Source: Nitrosomonadaceae bacterium
Lineage (GTDB): Bacteria > Pseudomonadota > Gammaproteobacteria > Burkholderiales > Nitrosomonadaceae
DNA: 64,000 nucleotides
Assembly: GCA_014190895.1 (NCBI GenBank)
Contig: BJGV01000001.1
Location: 113,845 to 177,844 of the forward strand
Direction of reading: 5' to 3'
Below the pieces are notes generated by a model, which ran no database searches, had not been told where the DNA came from, and saw only the letters and a program-made list of their open reading frames with translations. Positions within the stretch are counted from its first letter, which is position 1. Each line of letters starts with the position of its first letter. The translations under genes were made by a program, and so were the position numbers. Positions 55,380 through 64,000 of the stretch are shown here, in pieces.

Positions 55380-55985
55380 ATGAAAGAGCTTGTCATTGCT
55401 AGTAATAATCTGAATAAGCTTCAAGAGATTATTTATTTTCTTAATCCTCTCGGGATTAATGTATCGCCCCAGTCTGTATTTAATATCACTGAGGCAGACG
55501 AGCCTTACTCTACTTTTATTGAGAATGCTCTTGCTAAGGCACGTCATGCTAGTAAAGGCACCGGACTACCAGCTTTGGCGGATGACTCCGGTATTTGTGT
55601 CAATATTCTGGACGATAAGCCAGGAATTTTTTCAGCACGTTATGCAGGAGAGCCTAAATCAGATGAACGTAATAATTGTAAATTAGTTGAGATGCTAAGA
55701 AATGAACTTGATCGCAGGGCCTATTATTACTGCATCATGGTGTTAGTGCGTTACGCTGAGGATCCTCGGCCGATTATCTCCGAGGGTGTTTGGCATGGAG
55801 AAATTATTCTAGAGCCACGCGGTAAAGGTGGTTTCGGTTATGATCCTTACTTCTATTTATCCGAGATAGGTAAAACTGCAGCGGAACTATCCATGGAGTG
55901 TAAGAATAAAATCAGTCACCGCAGTCAGGCATTAATCAGATTAGTTGACTGTATAAAGAATGATAGATCTAATGGTGTTGGTTAA
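55380..55985 (+). CDS. rdgB: dITP/XTP pyrophosphatase (RdgB/HAM1)
   Basis: LVIASNNLNKLQEI, ADDSG, GFGYDP and SHR are present. Confidence 0.93.
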   Translation: MKELVIASNNLNKLQEIIYFLNPLGINVSPQSVFNITEADEPYSTFIENALAKARHASKGTGLPALADDSGICVNILDDKPGIFSARYAGEPKSDERNNCKLVEMLRNELDRRAYYYCIMVLVRYAEDPRPIISEGVWHGEIILEPRGKGGFGYDPYFYLSEIGKTAAELSMECKNKISHRSQALIRLVDCIKNDRSNGVG

Positions 55986-56036
55986 TCCGTAGAGAGATCA
56001 AATAGGTGTCTTGCAATAATTGGTTATTAATTTGAT

Positions 56037-57266
56037 ATGACAGTCTTAATTGATTCTTCTCATATACTCAACTCTCGATCCATAAAACTAGAATCACTCC
56101 CCCCGCTTGGTCTTTATATCCATATCCCGTGGTGTGTTAGTAAATGTCCTTATTGTGATTTCAATTCACACAAAATTCCCGATAGGAATGATGAGACTCT
56201 GGAAAAAGAATATGTAGAAGCGCTTACACGTGATTTAGAAATGGCTCTACCGCAGATCTGGGGTCGAAGAGTGTCAAGCATTTTTTTTGGCGGCGGCACC
56301 CCTAGTCTTTTCAGTGCCCGTTCTATAGATTCGATCCTCACCACCATTAGAACATTGTTACCGTTAGAATATCTTGTAGAAATAACATTGGAGGCCAATC
56401 CAGGTACATTTGAGGTAAAAAAATTTACTGATTTCAAGGCCGCTGGCATTAATCGTCTGTCAATTGGTATTCAGAGCTTTAATCCTAGGCACCTTCGGGC
56501 CTTAGGCCGCATACACGACGACCGCGAGGCGCATCAAGCAATTAGAATTGCTCAGATAAACTTCAATAATATAAATCTTGATCTGATGTACGCATTACCT
56601 AATCAAACATTAGAAGAAGCTGTTCATGATATTAAGATCGCCAAAAATTTTGGTGTTCAGCATATTTCCGCTTATCACTTGACGATAGAGCCCAATACCT
56701 TATTTAATCGGTATCCGCCATCGTTGCCTAGCGATGACTTATCAGCAGATATGCAATTAATGATCGAACAGATGTTAGGGGTAGAAGACTATATAAATTA
56801 TGAGACTTCAGCATTTGCTCGGTCTGGATATGAATCACGGCATAATTTAAATTACTGGCAATTTGGTGATTATCTGGGTATTGGTGCAGGGGCACATAGT
56901 AAAATTAGCTTTTCGAATAAGATTTTACGGCAGGTGCGTTATAAAGGGCCCAAAGAATATCTTGCTAAGATGATGTTAAGTAAGGCTATTTCAAATGCAC
57001 AGATACAAGAGCAACACGAGGTAAGTCATAATGATCTAGAATTTGAGTTTATGATGAATGCGTTGCGGCTTACTAAGGGATTTACAATAGAAATGTTCCA
57101 GGAACGTACTGGTTTATCAATTACAGCCGTTCAAGAAAAATTAGGTATTGCGGAGCAACGTGGACTCATTGTACGTGACCATAGAAGAATTATACCAACT
57201 CTCCTTGGCAGAAGATTCTTGAATGATTTGTTACAAATTTTTTTACCAATTAAGAAGAATATGTAA
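56037..57266 (+). CDS. hemW: radical SAM family heme chaperone HemW (HemN-like, oxygen-independent coproporphyrinogen oxidase family)
   Basis: Radical-SAM CVSKCPYCDF and the HemN_C-like tail. It follows rph and rdgB in the conserved order. Confidence 0.88.
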   Translation: MTVLIDSSHILNSRSIKLESLPPLGLYIHIPWCVSKCPYCDFNSHKIPDRNDETLEKEYVEALTRDLEMALPQIWGRRVSSIFFGGGTPSLFSARSIDSILTTIRTLLPLEYLVEITLEANPGTFEVKKFTDFKAAGINRLSIGIQSFNPRHLRALGRIHDDREAHQAIRIAQINFNNINLDLMYALPNQTLEEAVHDIKIAKNFGVQHISAYHLTIEPNTLFNRYPPSLPSDDLSADMQLMIEQMLGVEDYINYETSAFARSGYESRHNLNYWQFGDYLGIGAGAHSKISFSNKILRQVRYKGPKEYLAKMMLSKAISNAQIQEQHEVSHNDLEFEFMMNALRLTKGFTIEMFQERTGLSITAVQEKLGIAEQRGLIVRDHRRIIPTLLGRRFLNDLLQIFLPIKKNM

Positions 57267-57353
57267 CTCATATTCTTTATTTTATGGTAATGATCTTAAT
57301 TCAATAGCGACGGCGTTTATTTTCATAGACAGTAGTAGTTTATAAATTAGGCT

Positions 57354-58064
57354 CTAAGTAAGAGTGGCATTGAGGTTATTTTTTTGAAAAATTAAATCTC
57401 GAATGTTATGCCCAAGAAGTAAACCACGTTGTTCAAATTTAGTAAGAGATCTATATTCTGGGCGTAAAGCATAATCTTGGGCAGTATTCACAAGGCATGG
57501 TTCATGGTTCATTATTTCCAAAATTTTTCCGGCGTATTCTTCCCAGTCAGTAGCCACATGGATATACCCCCCTAATTTTAGATATTTACATAAAAGCGAG
57601 ATAAATTCTTGTTGAATTAGTCTACGTTTTCGATGGCGGACTTTGGGCCAAGGGTCAGGGAAAAAGATATGAATTCCATCGAAACATTCTAACGGTAACA
57701 TTTTCTGCAACACTTCTACTGCATCATGTTGAATTATTCGTAAATTTTCCAATCCCAGCTCCTGTATTTTTATTAGAAGACTGCCTACGCCTGGGGTGTG
57801 GACTTCGATAGCTATGTAATCATTTTGCGGACAAGCTTTGGCAATTGCCACAGTAGTTTCCCCCATACCAGAACCAATTTCTAAGAATTTTGGTTGGTTC
57901 TTGTTAAAAATTTCTTCAAGATTGAGTCTGTTCTCTGAAAATGGAATGCCGTAGCTTTCTAGTAAAGTTTCATGGGCGCGGCGTTGGGCGTTTGAAATGT
58001 GTCCTTGGCGAAGCACAAAACTGCGAATAGATCGATGCGTTAATATTTTTTGAGAACGGGTCAT
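57354..58064 (-). CDS. trmB: tRNA (guanine46-N7)-methyltransferase
   Basis: LEIGSGMGE SAM motif and FFPDPWPK. I chose the Met at 58064. The ORF-track start at 58115 would overlap the thiG 3' end. Confidence 0.9.
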   Translation of the reverse strand: MTRSQKILTHRSIRSFVLRQGHISNAQRRAHETLLESYGIPFSENRLNLEEIFNKNQPKFLEIGSGMGETTVAIAKACPQNDYIAIEVHTPGVGSLLIKIQELGLENLRIIQHDAVEVLQKMLPLECFDGIHIFFPDPWPKVRHRKRRLIQQEFISLLCKYLKLGGYIHVATDWEEYAGKILEIMNHEPCLVNTAQDYALRPEYRSLTKFEQRGLLLGHNIRDLIFQKNNLNATLT

Positions 58065-58077
58065 GAGAACGCCAGAA

Positions 58078-58878
58078 TTATGCAGTTTTATTCCCATTAC
58101 TGGCGATGATGCCACTGAGGGGTGAACTGGAGTCTGCGCTATAAAGTTTTTTTGTCATTCGACCAGCTAAAAAAGCCTCACGCCCAGCTTCTACTGCTTT
58201 TTTCATAGCCGAAGCCATTAATACAGGATTTTTTGCAGCAGCAATAGCAGTATTCATTAATACCCCATCACAACCAAGTTCCATAGCGATAGCCGCATCT
58301 GAAGCCGTTCCAACTCCTGCATCTATCAGCACAGGAACTTTAGCGCTATCAATAATAATTTGTAAGTTCCATGGATTGATTATCCCCATTCCAGAACCAA
58401 TTAATGAAGCTAGCGGCATTATTGCAACACAACCAATCTCCTCCAATCGCTTGGCAATGATGGGATCATCTGAGGTATAAACCATTAACTGAAAACCTTC
58501 TCTTATTAGAATCTCGGCAGCCTTAATGGTTTCTATCATATTGGGATAGAGAGTTTTTGTGTCGCCTAGTACTTCTAATTTCATCAAGTTATGGCCATCT
58601 AATAGATCACGAGCAAGACGCAGTGTATGCACTGCAGTCTCTGCCGTATAACAACCAGCAGTATTAGGAAGTAGGGTATATTTTAAGGGAGATATTATAT
58701 CTAATAAGTTCGGTTCATTTGGATCTTGACCAATATTAATACGGCGGATTGCAATGGTGACAATTTGCGCGCCACTGGCATCAATTGCTAAACGAGTTTG
58801 GGTAAAATCTCTGTATTTACCGGTGCCAACCAGAAGTCGTGAGGAATAAACTTTTCCGGCGATAATGAGAGTGTCCAT
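58078..58878 (-). CDS. thiG: thiazole synthase
   Basis: [15 protein letters not shown] and VMPL-type motifs. It is adjacent to thiS. Confidence 0.95.
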   Translation of the reverse strand: MDTLIIAGKVYSSRLLVGTGKYRDFTQTRLAIDASGAQIVTIAIRRINIGQDPNEPNLLDIISPLKYTLLPNTAGCYTAETAVHTLRLARDLLDGHNLMKLEVLGDTKTLYPNMIETIKAAEILIREGFQLMVYTSDDPIIAKRLEEIGCVAIMPLASLIGSGMGIINPWNLQIIIDSAKVPVLIDAGVGTASDAAIAMELGCDGVLMNTAIAAAKNPVLMASAMKKAVEAGREAFLAGRMTKKLYSADSSSPLSGIIASNGNKTA

Positions 58879-58932
58879 AAGACCTTATGAATTCTTGATT
58901 GCAGTGGAAGCTAGTGTCTCGCAGGCGTGGAA

Positions 58933-59136
58933 TTAACCTCCGCCAATTGCCGTTACGATTTCGAGACGATCCCCATCTATTAACATCTGTTCGTCAAATT
59001 TGCTACGTGGGACGATCTCCCCATTGCGATCAATAGCGAGACGTTTGCCTTCCAAGGCCATATTTCTGAGCAATTCAGACACGCTTATTGTGGCATCAAG
59101 GTGTTGTGGTTGACCGTTAACCAGAAGTTGTATCAT
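58933..59136 (-). CDS. thiS: sulfur carrier protein ThiS
   Basis: 67 aa with a ubiquitin-like fold signature and a C-terminal GG. Confidence 0.9.
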   Translation of the reverse strand: MIQLLVNGQPQHLDATISVSELLRNMALEGKRLAIDRNGEIVPRSKFDEQMLIDGDRLEIVTAIGGG

Positions 59137-59190
59137 TTTAAAACGTCTATAGAATCAGGTAGAATTGAAAACCAAATTTCATTTTAACAT

Positions 59191-59264
59191 GCGGGCGTAG
59201 CTCAATGGTAGAGCAGAAGCTTCCCAAGCTTACGACGAGGGTTCGATTCCCTTCGCCCGCTCCA
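59191..59264 (+). tRNA. tRNA-Gly (anticodon CCC)
   Basis: Nearly identical in layout to E. coli tRNA-Gly(CCC). Acceptor GCGGGCG/CGCCCGC, anticodon loop TTCCCAA, T-arm GAGGG-TTCGATT-CCCTT, encoded CCA. Confidence 0.92.
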
Positions 59265-59471
59265 TCCATTTTAATTCTAAAGTGATGTGTTTAAAATATA
59301 GATTTCTTAAGCTAACCTTCCTAGAGCTCACCTAGTATTATGTATTATTGAGCTGTCCCTAATTGTAATATTTATATCTTATTAATGTACAGTACCCCTT
59401 AATGGAAAATATTTTTAATATCTTAAATGAAACTATTTACTGTTTCTGAAAGTTTGCGTTAGACTAAAAGT

Positions 59472-60515
59472 ATGTCTGAATTTTCGAGTCATCTGATTGC
59501 TTGGCAAGAAATGTATGGACGGCACAACCTACCTTGGCAGAACACTACTGATCCATATTTAATATATGTGTCAGAGATTATGTTGCAACAATCCCAAGTA
59601 GCAACTGTAATGAGCTACTACGGTAAATTTATAGAACGTTTTCCTGACATTAAAACGTTAGCTAGCGCTACACAAGAAGAAGTATTGAGGTATTGGAGCG
59701 GTTTAGGTTATTACTCGCGAGCACGTAATCTACACCAGTCGGCAGTGATTATTGTGAACACCCACCAAGGTATTTTTCCGCAAGATTTTTCGGCTATGCA
59801 ACTACTGCCAGGTATAGGAAGGTCAACCGCTGCAGCCGTTGCTTCGCTTGCTTTTAATCAAAATCAAACTATATTAGACGGAAATGTGAAGCGCGTGCTT
59901 GCTAGACATTTTTTGATTGAGGGATGGACTGGTTTGTCCAAGGTAGAGAAACAGCTGTGGTTAATAGCCGAAACATTGCTACCCAAAAAGAATATAGCGA
60001 TCTATACGCAGGGGTTAATGGATTTGGGCGCGACTTTATGTACCCGTGCAAAACCAAAGTGCGGTGTGTGCCCTTTGCAAGTAAGTTGCGGAGCCTATCA
60101 ACAAAAACGAGTACATGAATTACCTACACCCAAACCACATAAAATTATTCCCAAGAAACAGACTGCCATGCTGATACTATTACATAATAATAAGGTCATG
60201 CTGGAAAAGCGTCCTCCAACAGGCATCTGGGGAGGGTTATGGTGTTTCCCAGAAATACCAGTTAATGAGAACGCCACTGTATATTGCGCACAACACCTCG
60301 GAATGAAAGTAGAGTCACTTACGAATATGTTGCCATTAGATCACGTGTTCACACATTTTCAATTGAGAATTTATCCAAGACTATTGCAAACATTCACACA
60401 AATCTCAGATTGTGAATCCGAGAGGGTGTGGATTACATTTAATGATGCCTTGATCTCAGCCATTCCAACACCAGTCAGGAAGTTATTAAATTTGTGTCAA
60501 CAACAAAAATATTAA
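59472..60515 (+). CDS. mutY: A/G-specific adenine DNA glycosylase
   Basis: HhH-GPD region (GIGRSTAAAV), the 4Fe-4S motif CTRAKPKCGVCPLQVSC (Cx6Cx2Cx5C) and a NUDIX-like C-terminal domain. Confidence 0.93.
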   Translation: MSEFSSHLIAWQEMYGRHNLPWQNTTDPYLIYVSEIMLQQSQVATVMSYYGKFIERFPDIKTLASATQEEVLRYWSGLGYYSRARNLHQSAVIIVNTHQGIFPQDFSAMQLLPGIGRSTAAAVASLAFNQNQTILDGNVKRVLARHFLIEGWTGLSKVEKQLWLIAETLLPKKNIAIYTQGLMDLGATLCTRAKPKCGVCPLQVSCGAYQQKRVHELPTPKPHKIIPKKQTAMLILLHNNKVMLEKRPPTGIWGGLWCFPEIPVNENATVYCAQHLGMKVESLTNMLPLDHVFTHFQLRIYPRLLQTFTQISDCESERVWITFNDALISAIPTPVRKLLNLCQQQKY

Positions 60516-60523
60516 AATAAAAT

Positions 60524-61150
60524 ATGAGTGAGTGGCAAGAACTAAGAAGTAAGCAACGTATCGAAATGCTGGCATGTAGGGAAGAAATTTCTAAAAATAA
60601 TCGTTATTGCTGGAGTTCAGCCATTACGGCAACATTAAAAAAAGGTTTTCCAGTATTACAAAGAAGTGCGGTAGGATTTTATTGGCCTCGTTGTGGAGAG
60701 TATGATCCCCGCCCTGCAATAAAATTTTTTCAGGAGAAGGGTGCGATTATAGCCTTGCCAGAAATTGAGAATAAAAGAGAACTGTTACGTTTTCGGAAAT
60801 GGTGGCCGACAGCGCCGATGAAAGTAGATATTTATGGTATCCCTGTTCCGGATAAAACTGAATTGATAGCGGTTGATGCAATCATAATACCGATGGTAGG
60901 TTTTGATAAACAGGGCTACAGACTTGGTTATGGAGGTGGTTATTTTGATCGTACTCTGGCTGTGATTAAACCACCCCCATTGACCATTGGTGTGGCATTT
61001 GAGATTTCTCGTCTAAACAGTATTGCCCCGCAATCACATGATATTCGAGTAAGTTTTATTGTTACTGAAATGGGAATTTACCGCGTGCTTATGGGCAGTA
61101 TGACACTCATCTCTAATGAAGAATGCGCGGCAGAGAATCCTTTAAGGTGA
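60524..61150 (+). CDS. 5-formyltetrahydrofolate cyclo-ligase
   Basis: 208 aa with the GYGGGYFDR family motif. Confidence 0.85.
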   Translation: MSEWQELRSKQRIEMLACREEISKNNRYCWSSAITATLKKGFPVLQRSAVGFYWPRCGEYDPRPAIKFFQEKGAIIALPEIENKRELLRFRKWWPTAPMKVDIYGIPVPDKTELIAVDAIIIPMVGFDKQGYRLGYGGGYFDRTLAVIKPPPLTIGVAFEISRLNSIAPQSHDIRVSFIVTEMGIYRVLMGSMTLISNEECAAENPLR

Positions 61151-61169
61151 TGTAATTTTCTCCCCCCTG

Positions 61170-61814
61170 TTAGAAAAGTTCAGTAGGGATTACAGGGTTG
61201 GTAGTTTTCTCGCCCCAGCGTTGCATGAGAGAGTGCTCTATACCAAGATGATCAAGTATTCTTGCTACAACAAAATCTACCATATCTTGTACATTTTTGG
61301 GGTGGTGATAGAAACCTGGGTTAGCAGGTAATATTACTGCACCACTACGTGCCAGCTTCAGCATATTCTCTAGGTGAATTGTGGACAGAGGCATTTCACG
61401 AGGTACTAAAATAAGTTGGCGATTTTCTTTTAGCATGACCCCTGCAGCACGTTCAATGAGTTTCTGATCTAACCCCATAGAAATGGCGGCAAGTGTACCC
61501 ATAGTGCAAGGACACACCACCATCGAATTTGTCGGATTTGAGCCAGATGCCACTGGCGCAAACCATTCCTCCCGCCCAAATACATGTAGCTGTCCTGTAG
61601 CAGCATTAAAACGACGACTAAAGAATTCTTCCGTTTCTTTGGTACGTGAAGATAGCGTTAATCCCATTTCCTGTTGTGCAACGATCTGTGCCGCTTGCGA
61701 GTAGAGCAGATAAACTTGATTACCGGTGGTCAGTAACATTTCAAGTAAACGTATGCCGTAGGGCATACCAGATGCACCGGTCAGAGCAAGCGTAATAACT
61801 CTTGTTTTTTTCAT
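61170..61814 (-). CDS. ubiX: flavin prenyltransferase UbiX
   Basis: LALTGASGMPYGIRLLE and a flavoprotein fold. The length is typical. Confidence 0.9.
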   Translation of the reverse strand: MKKTRVITLALTGASGMPYGIRLLEMLLTTGNQVYLLYSQAAQIVAQQEMGLTLSSRTKETEEFFSRRFNAATGQLHVFGREEWFAPVASGSNPTNSMVVCPCTMGTLAAISMGLDQKLIERAAGVMLKENRQLILVPREMPLSTIHLENMLKLARSGAVILPANPGFYHHPKNVQDMVDFVVARILDHLGIEHSLMQRWGEKTTNPVIPTELF

Positions 61815-61816
61815 TC

Positions 61817-62143
61817 TTAGTCTGATGATGAAATTATCTTAACCTTATCATCCTTATGATAAGCCATTTTCTTTTCTCTGTACCTAATAACTTGTCGATT
61901 TAGTTTGTCAAATAGATTATCTATAGAGGCGTACATATCAGCGCTATCAGCTTCAGCAAAAATGTCTTTGCCAGATATATGTAAATTAGCCTCTGCCTTT
62001 TGCTTTAATTTCTCTATTGACAAAATAACACTGACATCGATTACATGGTCAAAATGACGTGTAATTCTTTTTATTTTAGCGGTAACGTAATCATTCATAG
62101 CGGAAGTGATTTCTACATGATGACCGGTCAGTTTAAGATTCAT
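61817..62143 (-). CDS. hpf: ribosome hibernation promoting factor (short HPF / sigma-54 modulation protein family)
   Basis: 108 aa, MNLKLTGHHVEITSAMNDYV... It lies downstream of lptB in the conserved cluster. AAGGAG RBS is present. Confidence 0.9.
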   Translation of the reverse strand: MNLKLTGHHVEITSAMNDYVTAKIKRITRHFDHVIDVSVILSIEKLKQKAEANLHISGKDIFAEADSADMYASIDNLFDKLNRQVIRYREKKMAYHKDDKVKIISSSD

Positions 62144-62158
62144 TGAGACTCCTTTATT

Positions 62159-62347
62159 TTAGTGAAAATAATTTAACAAAGGTCTATTGTTGATGCCCGT
62201 ACAAATTATGGATAATTCTCGGTAGTTAAGTAAAGAACTTTTGAGCGATATACTTCTTTGGGGCCATAGGCTGCCATAGGCATTAATTAATAGTGGAGAA
62301 GCAGTGTAAAGATAAGAGATTCTTATCTCGGCATATAATTGGCAATC
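62159..62347 (-). pseudogene. possible decayed 3' remnant of rpoN (speculative)
   Basis: 62 sense codons with no stop and no ATG fill the lptB-hpf gap. The frame ends at a TAA 15 nt before the hpf ATG. The peptide ...SLLNYRELSIICTGINNRP... weakly resembles the RpoN C-terminus ...[17 protein letters not shown]. Confidence 0.3.
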
Positions 62348-62353
62348 CTAGAA

Positions 62354-63070
62354 TTAAAAATTCTCTCCCAAATACACTTTTCTTACTAGTTCATTCTTGA
62401 TTATTTCATCCGACTTACCACCGGCTAATACATTGCCTTCACTAATAATGTAAGAATAATCACAAATTTCCAATGTTTCCCTGACGTTATGATCAGTGAT
62501 AATGACACCAATACCACGTTCTTTAAGGAAGTGAATAATTTTCTGTATATCTATCACAGCAATGGGATCTACCCCTGCAAATGGCTCATCTAATAGAATA
62601 AAACGTGGTTTTGTTGCTAGCGCTCGGGCGATCTCTACGCGACGTCTCTCTCCCCCAGATAGACCCATGGCCGGGTTATCTCTTAAATGACCAATGCCCA
62701 AATCATTTAATAAATTGTCAAGATGTTGCTGGATTTCATTTTTATTGTAACGCTGTAATTCTAATACGGCACAGATATTTTCCGCCACAGAGAGACGCCG
62801 GAAGATCGAGGTCTCCTGGGGCAAATAACTCAATCCGAGGAGGGCACGACGGTGGATCGGAATGCGAGTTATATCGAGTTCATCGAGATGTATGCTACCG
62901 CCATTCAGCGGTACTAATCCAACTATCATGTAAAAACAAGTGGTTTTCCCCGCGCCATTTGGACCTAATAAACCGATCACCTGACCACTGGAAACAGAAA
63001 TCGACACTTCTTCAACCACGGTACGTGATTTATAGATTTTTTTTAATTTATTGGCCCTAAGCTCACTCAT
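62354..63070 (-). CDS. lptB: LPS export ABC transporter ATPase LptB
   Basis: 238 aa. [24 protein letters not shown] and the lptC-lptA-lptB order. Confidence 0.95.
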   Translation of the reverse strand: MSELRANKLKKIYKSRTVVEEVSISVSSGQVIGLLGPNGAGKTTCFYMIVGLVPLNGGSIHLDELDITRIPIHRRALLGLSYLPQETSIFRRLSVAENICAVLELQRYNKNEIQQHLDNLLNDLGIGHLRDNPAMGLSGGERRRVEIARALATKPRFILLDEPFAGVDPIAVIDIQKIIHFLKERGIGVIITDHNVRETLEICDYSYIISEGNVLAGGKSDEIIKNELVRKVYLGENF

Positions 63071-63129
63071 TTTCTAGAGTTTAATAGAGAGCAAAAAGAG
63101 CCTGTGGTTTATTAATTCCCCAATGATTT

Positions 63130-63657
63130 TCATTTTTTTGGTTGAATGACTGCCCGTACTCTTTTATTGGATTTAACATTAGCCTCTTCTTTATTGTTTA
63201 CTTGGAAAAATTCAGTATCTGTATTATAAGAAATGTGTTCTCCGTGCACTTGATCTTGAGTACGTTTTAGGTGCGCCTGTTTGAAGAAATCTATCTTGTT
63301 AATCTTGGTGTCATACTCCATGCGCTCACTCCAGCCTTCAATGTACTCATTTAAGCCTTCACGTTTTTGTCGATAACTGGCGAGATTTCCGTAAGCAGTA
63401 GCACTTTGGAGACCACTAGCATTTTCCCTTAAAATCATTTTATCAGAATGAATAATTAAGGTGCCTTGTGTGAATAACACGCTGCCGGTAAATACACTGA
63501 TTCTCTGCACAGCTTCGGTGAGGCTAGCGTTTTCTACAGTGGCGTGATCAGATTCTATATGAATAGGCTTATCTTTATCTGCACGTTCGGCCCAGGCAAA
63601 TTCTGTTAAGAGGGCGCTAGAGAGCAACACGATAAAAAGTTTAACGTATTTTTTCAT
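63130..63657 (-). CDS. lptA: LPS transport periplasmic protein LptA
   Basis: 175 aa with a signal peptide (...EFAWA/ERAD) and an OstA-like fold signature (PIHIESD). Confidence 0.88.
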   Translation of the reverse strand: MKKYVKLFIVLLSSALLTEFAWAERADKDKPIHIESDHATVENASLTEAVQRISVFTGSVLFTQGTLIIHSDKMILRENASGLQSATAYGNLASYRQKREGLNEYIEGWSERMEYDTKINKIDFFKQAHLKRTQDQVHGEHISYNTDTEFFQVNNKEEANVKSNKRVRAVIQPKK

Positions 63658-64000
63658 GAATAACCTTCACCCGCGATAGCAGTGTAGTAATTCGATTGCG
63701 GTCGTCTATTTCTATTCCGGTTGTATTAATAGTAGTGTTTTTCTCGGTGATAGTTACAGGTTTATCCGTCCTAGCAATTTCATCGTTAGGCAGAATGTGT
63801 AGGAAGCTCGTAGTCATAGTCATTTCATTCCCATTCTCATCAGGACGCAGTACCACAACGTTCCCATTAAGTAGTACGTCATTATTATTACCTGACAGCT
63901 TAGCTTGATCCGCCCTTACTCGCATCAGAGATTTTCCAGGCGTGGTATCAATAAGAGAGGCTTGATCAAGGTAGGTAGCGTCATCGCCTGTATATCGCAA
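63641..64000 (-). CDS. lptC: LPS export protein LptC (3' part only; 5' end beyond the window)
   Basis: The frame is open to the window edge. It overlaps the lptA start by 17 nt, and position and size fit LptC. The apparent Met at 64000 is an artefact of the window edge. Confidence 0.8.
   Translation of the reverse strand: MRYTGDDATYLDQASLIDTTPGKSLMRVRADQAKLSGNNNDVLLNGNVVVLRPDENGNEMTMTTSFLHILPNDEIARTDKPVTITEKNTTINTTGIEIDDRNRITTLLSRVKVIHEKIR

Noticed and set aside
59137-59190. Expected TPP riboswitch upstream of thiS-thiG
   Set aside because: Only 54 nt separate the thiS start from tRNA-Gly, which is too short for a THI-box. I also see no CTGAGA/ACCTGA-type core.

Overview
This is a gene-dense chromosomal segment with about 60 CDS and 4 tRNAs. 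Bulk composition is AT-rich, roughly 35-45% GC by hand counts of individual lines. Gene content and order look like core genome of a beta- or gamma-proteobacterium, most like a betaproteobacterium. Conserved blocks in order:
- ligA (5'-truncated by the window edge), def, hemJ, adhC, nnr, purL
- ndk-rlmN-ispG-hisS-yfgM-bamB-der
- apaG, rpe-gph-trpE, dacB, bioA, groESL
- an HpnD-like squalene/phytoene synthase, a YciK-like SDR, tRNA-Leu
- tig-clpP-clpX-lon-hupB-tRNA-Val-tRNA-Asp-(OMP)-ppiD, fabI
- a four-gene Opp/Dpp/Yej-type ABC importer, prfC
- yicC / rph-rdgB-hemW, trmB-thiG-thiS, tRNA-Gly, mutY, a 5-formyl-THF cyclo-ligase
- ubiX-hpf-(gap)-lptB-lptA-lptC (lptC runs off the window)

I found no CRISPR array, transposase, integrase, phage genes, or recognisable defence or toxin-antitoxin system.

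The features I consider unusual:
1. A GC-rich mosaic block of about 6.5 kb (about 8.5-15.2 kb). Its edges fall inside purL and rlmN. It carries a translationally coupled pair of secreted proteins, a ChaN/Tiki-fold protein with a PDZ domain and an M1-type metallopeptidase-like protein, which is not part of the usual purL / ndk neighbourhood.
2. An outer-membrane beta-barrel gene interrupted by a frameshift exactly at a G8 homopolymer. This is either phase variation or a homopolymer sequencing error.
3. A 210-bp lptB-hpf gap where rpoN normally sits. It is stop-free in one frame and ends with a faint RpoN-box-like peptide.
4. A BamB with an insertion of about 100 aa of low-complexity, Lys/Asp-rich sequence.
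5. Synteny holes where rodZ/pilF and hfq are usually found.
6. An ABC importer whose binding protein carries both a lipobox and a C-terminal TM anchor.

All calls come from reading the ORF translations and the DNA by eye. No database search was possible.
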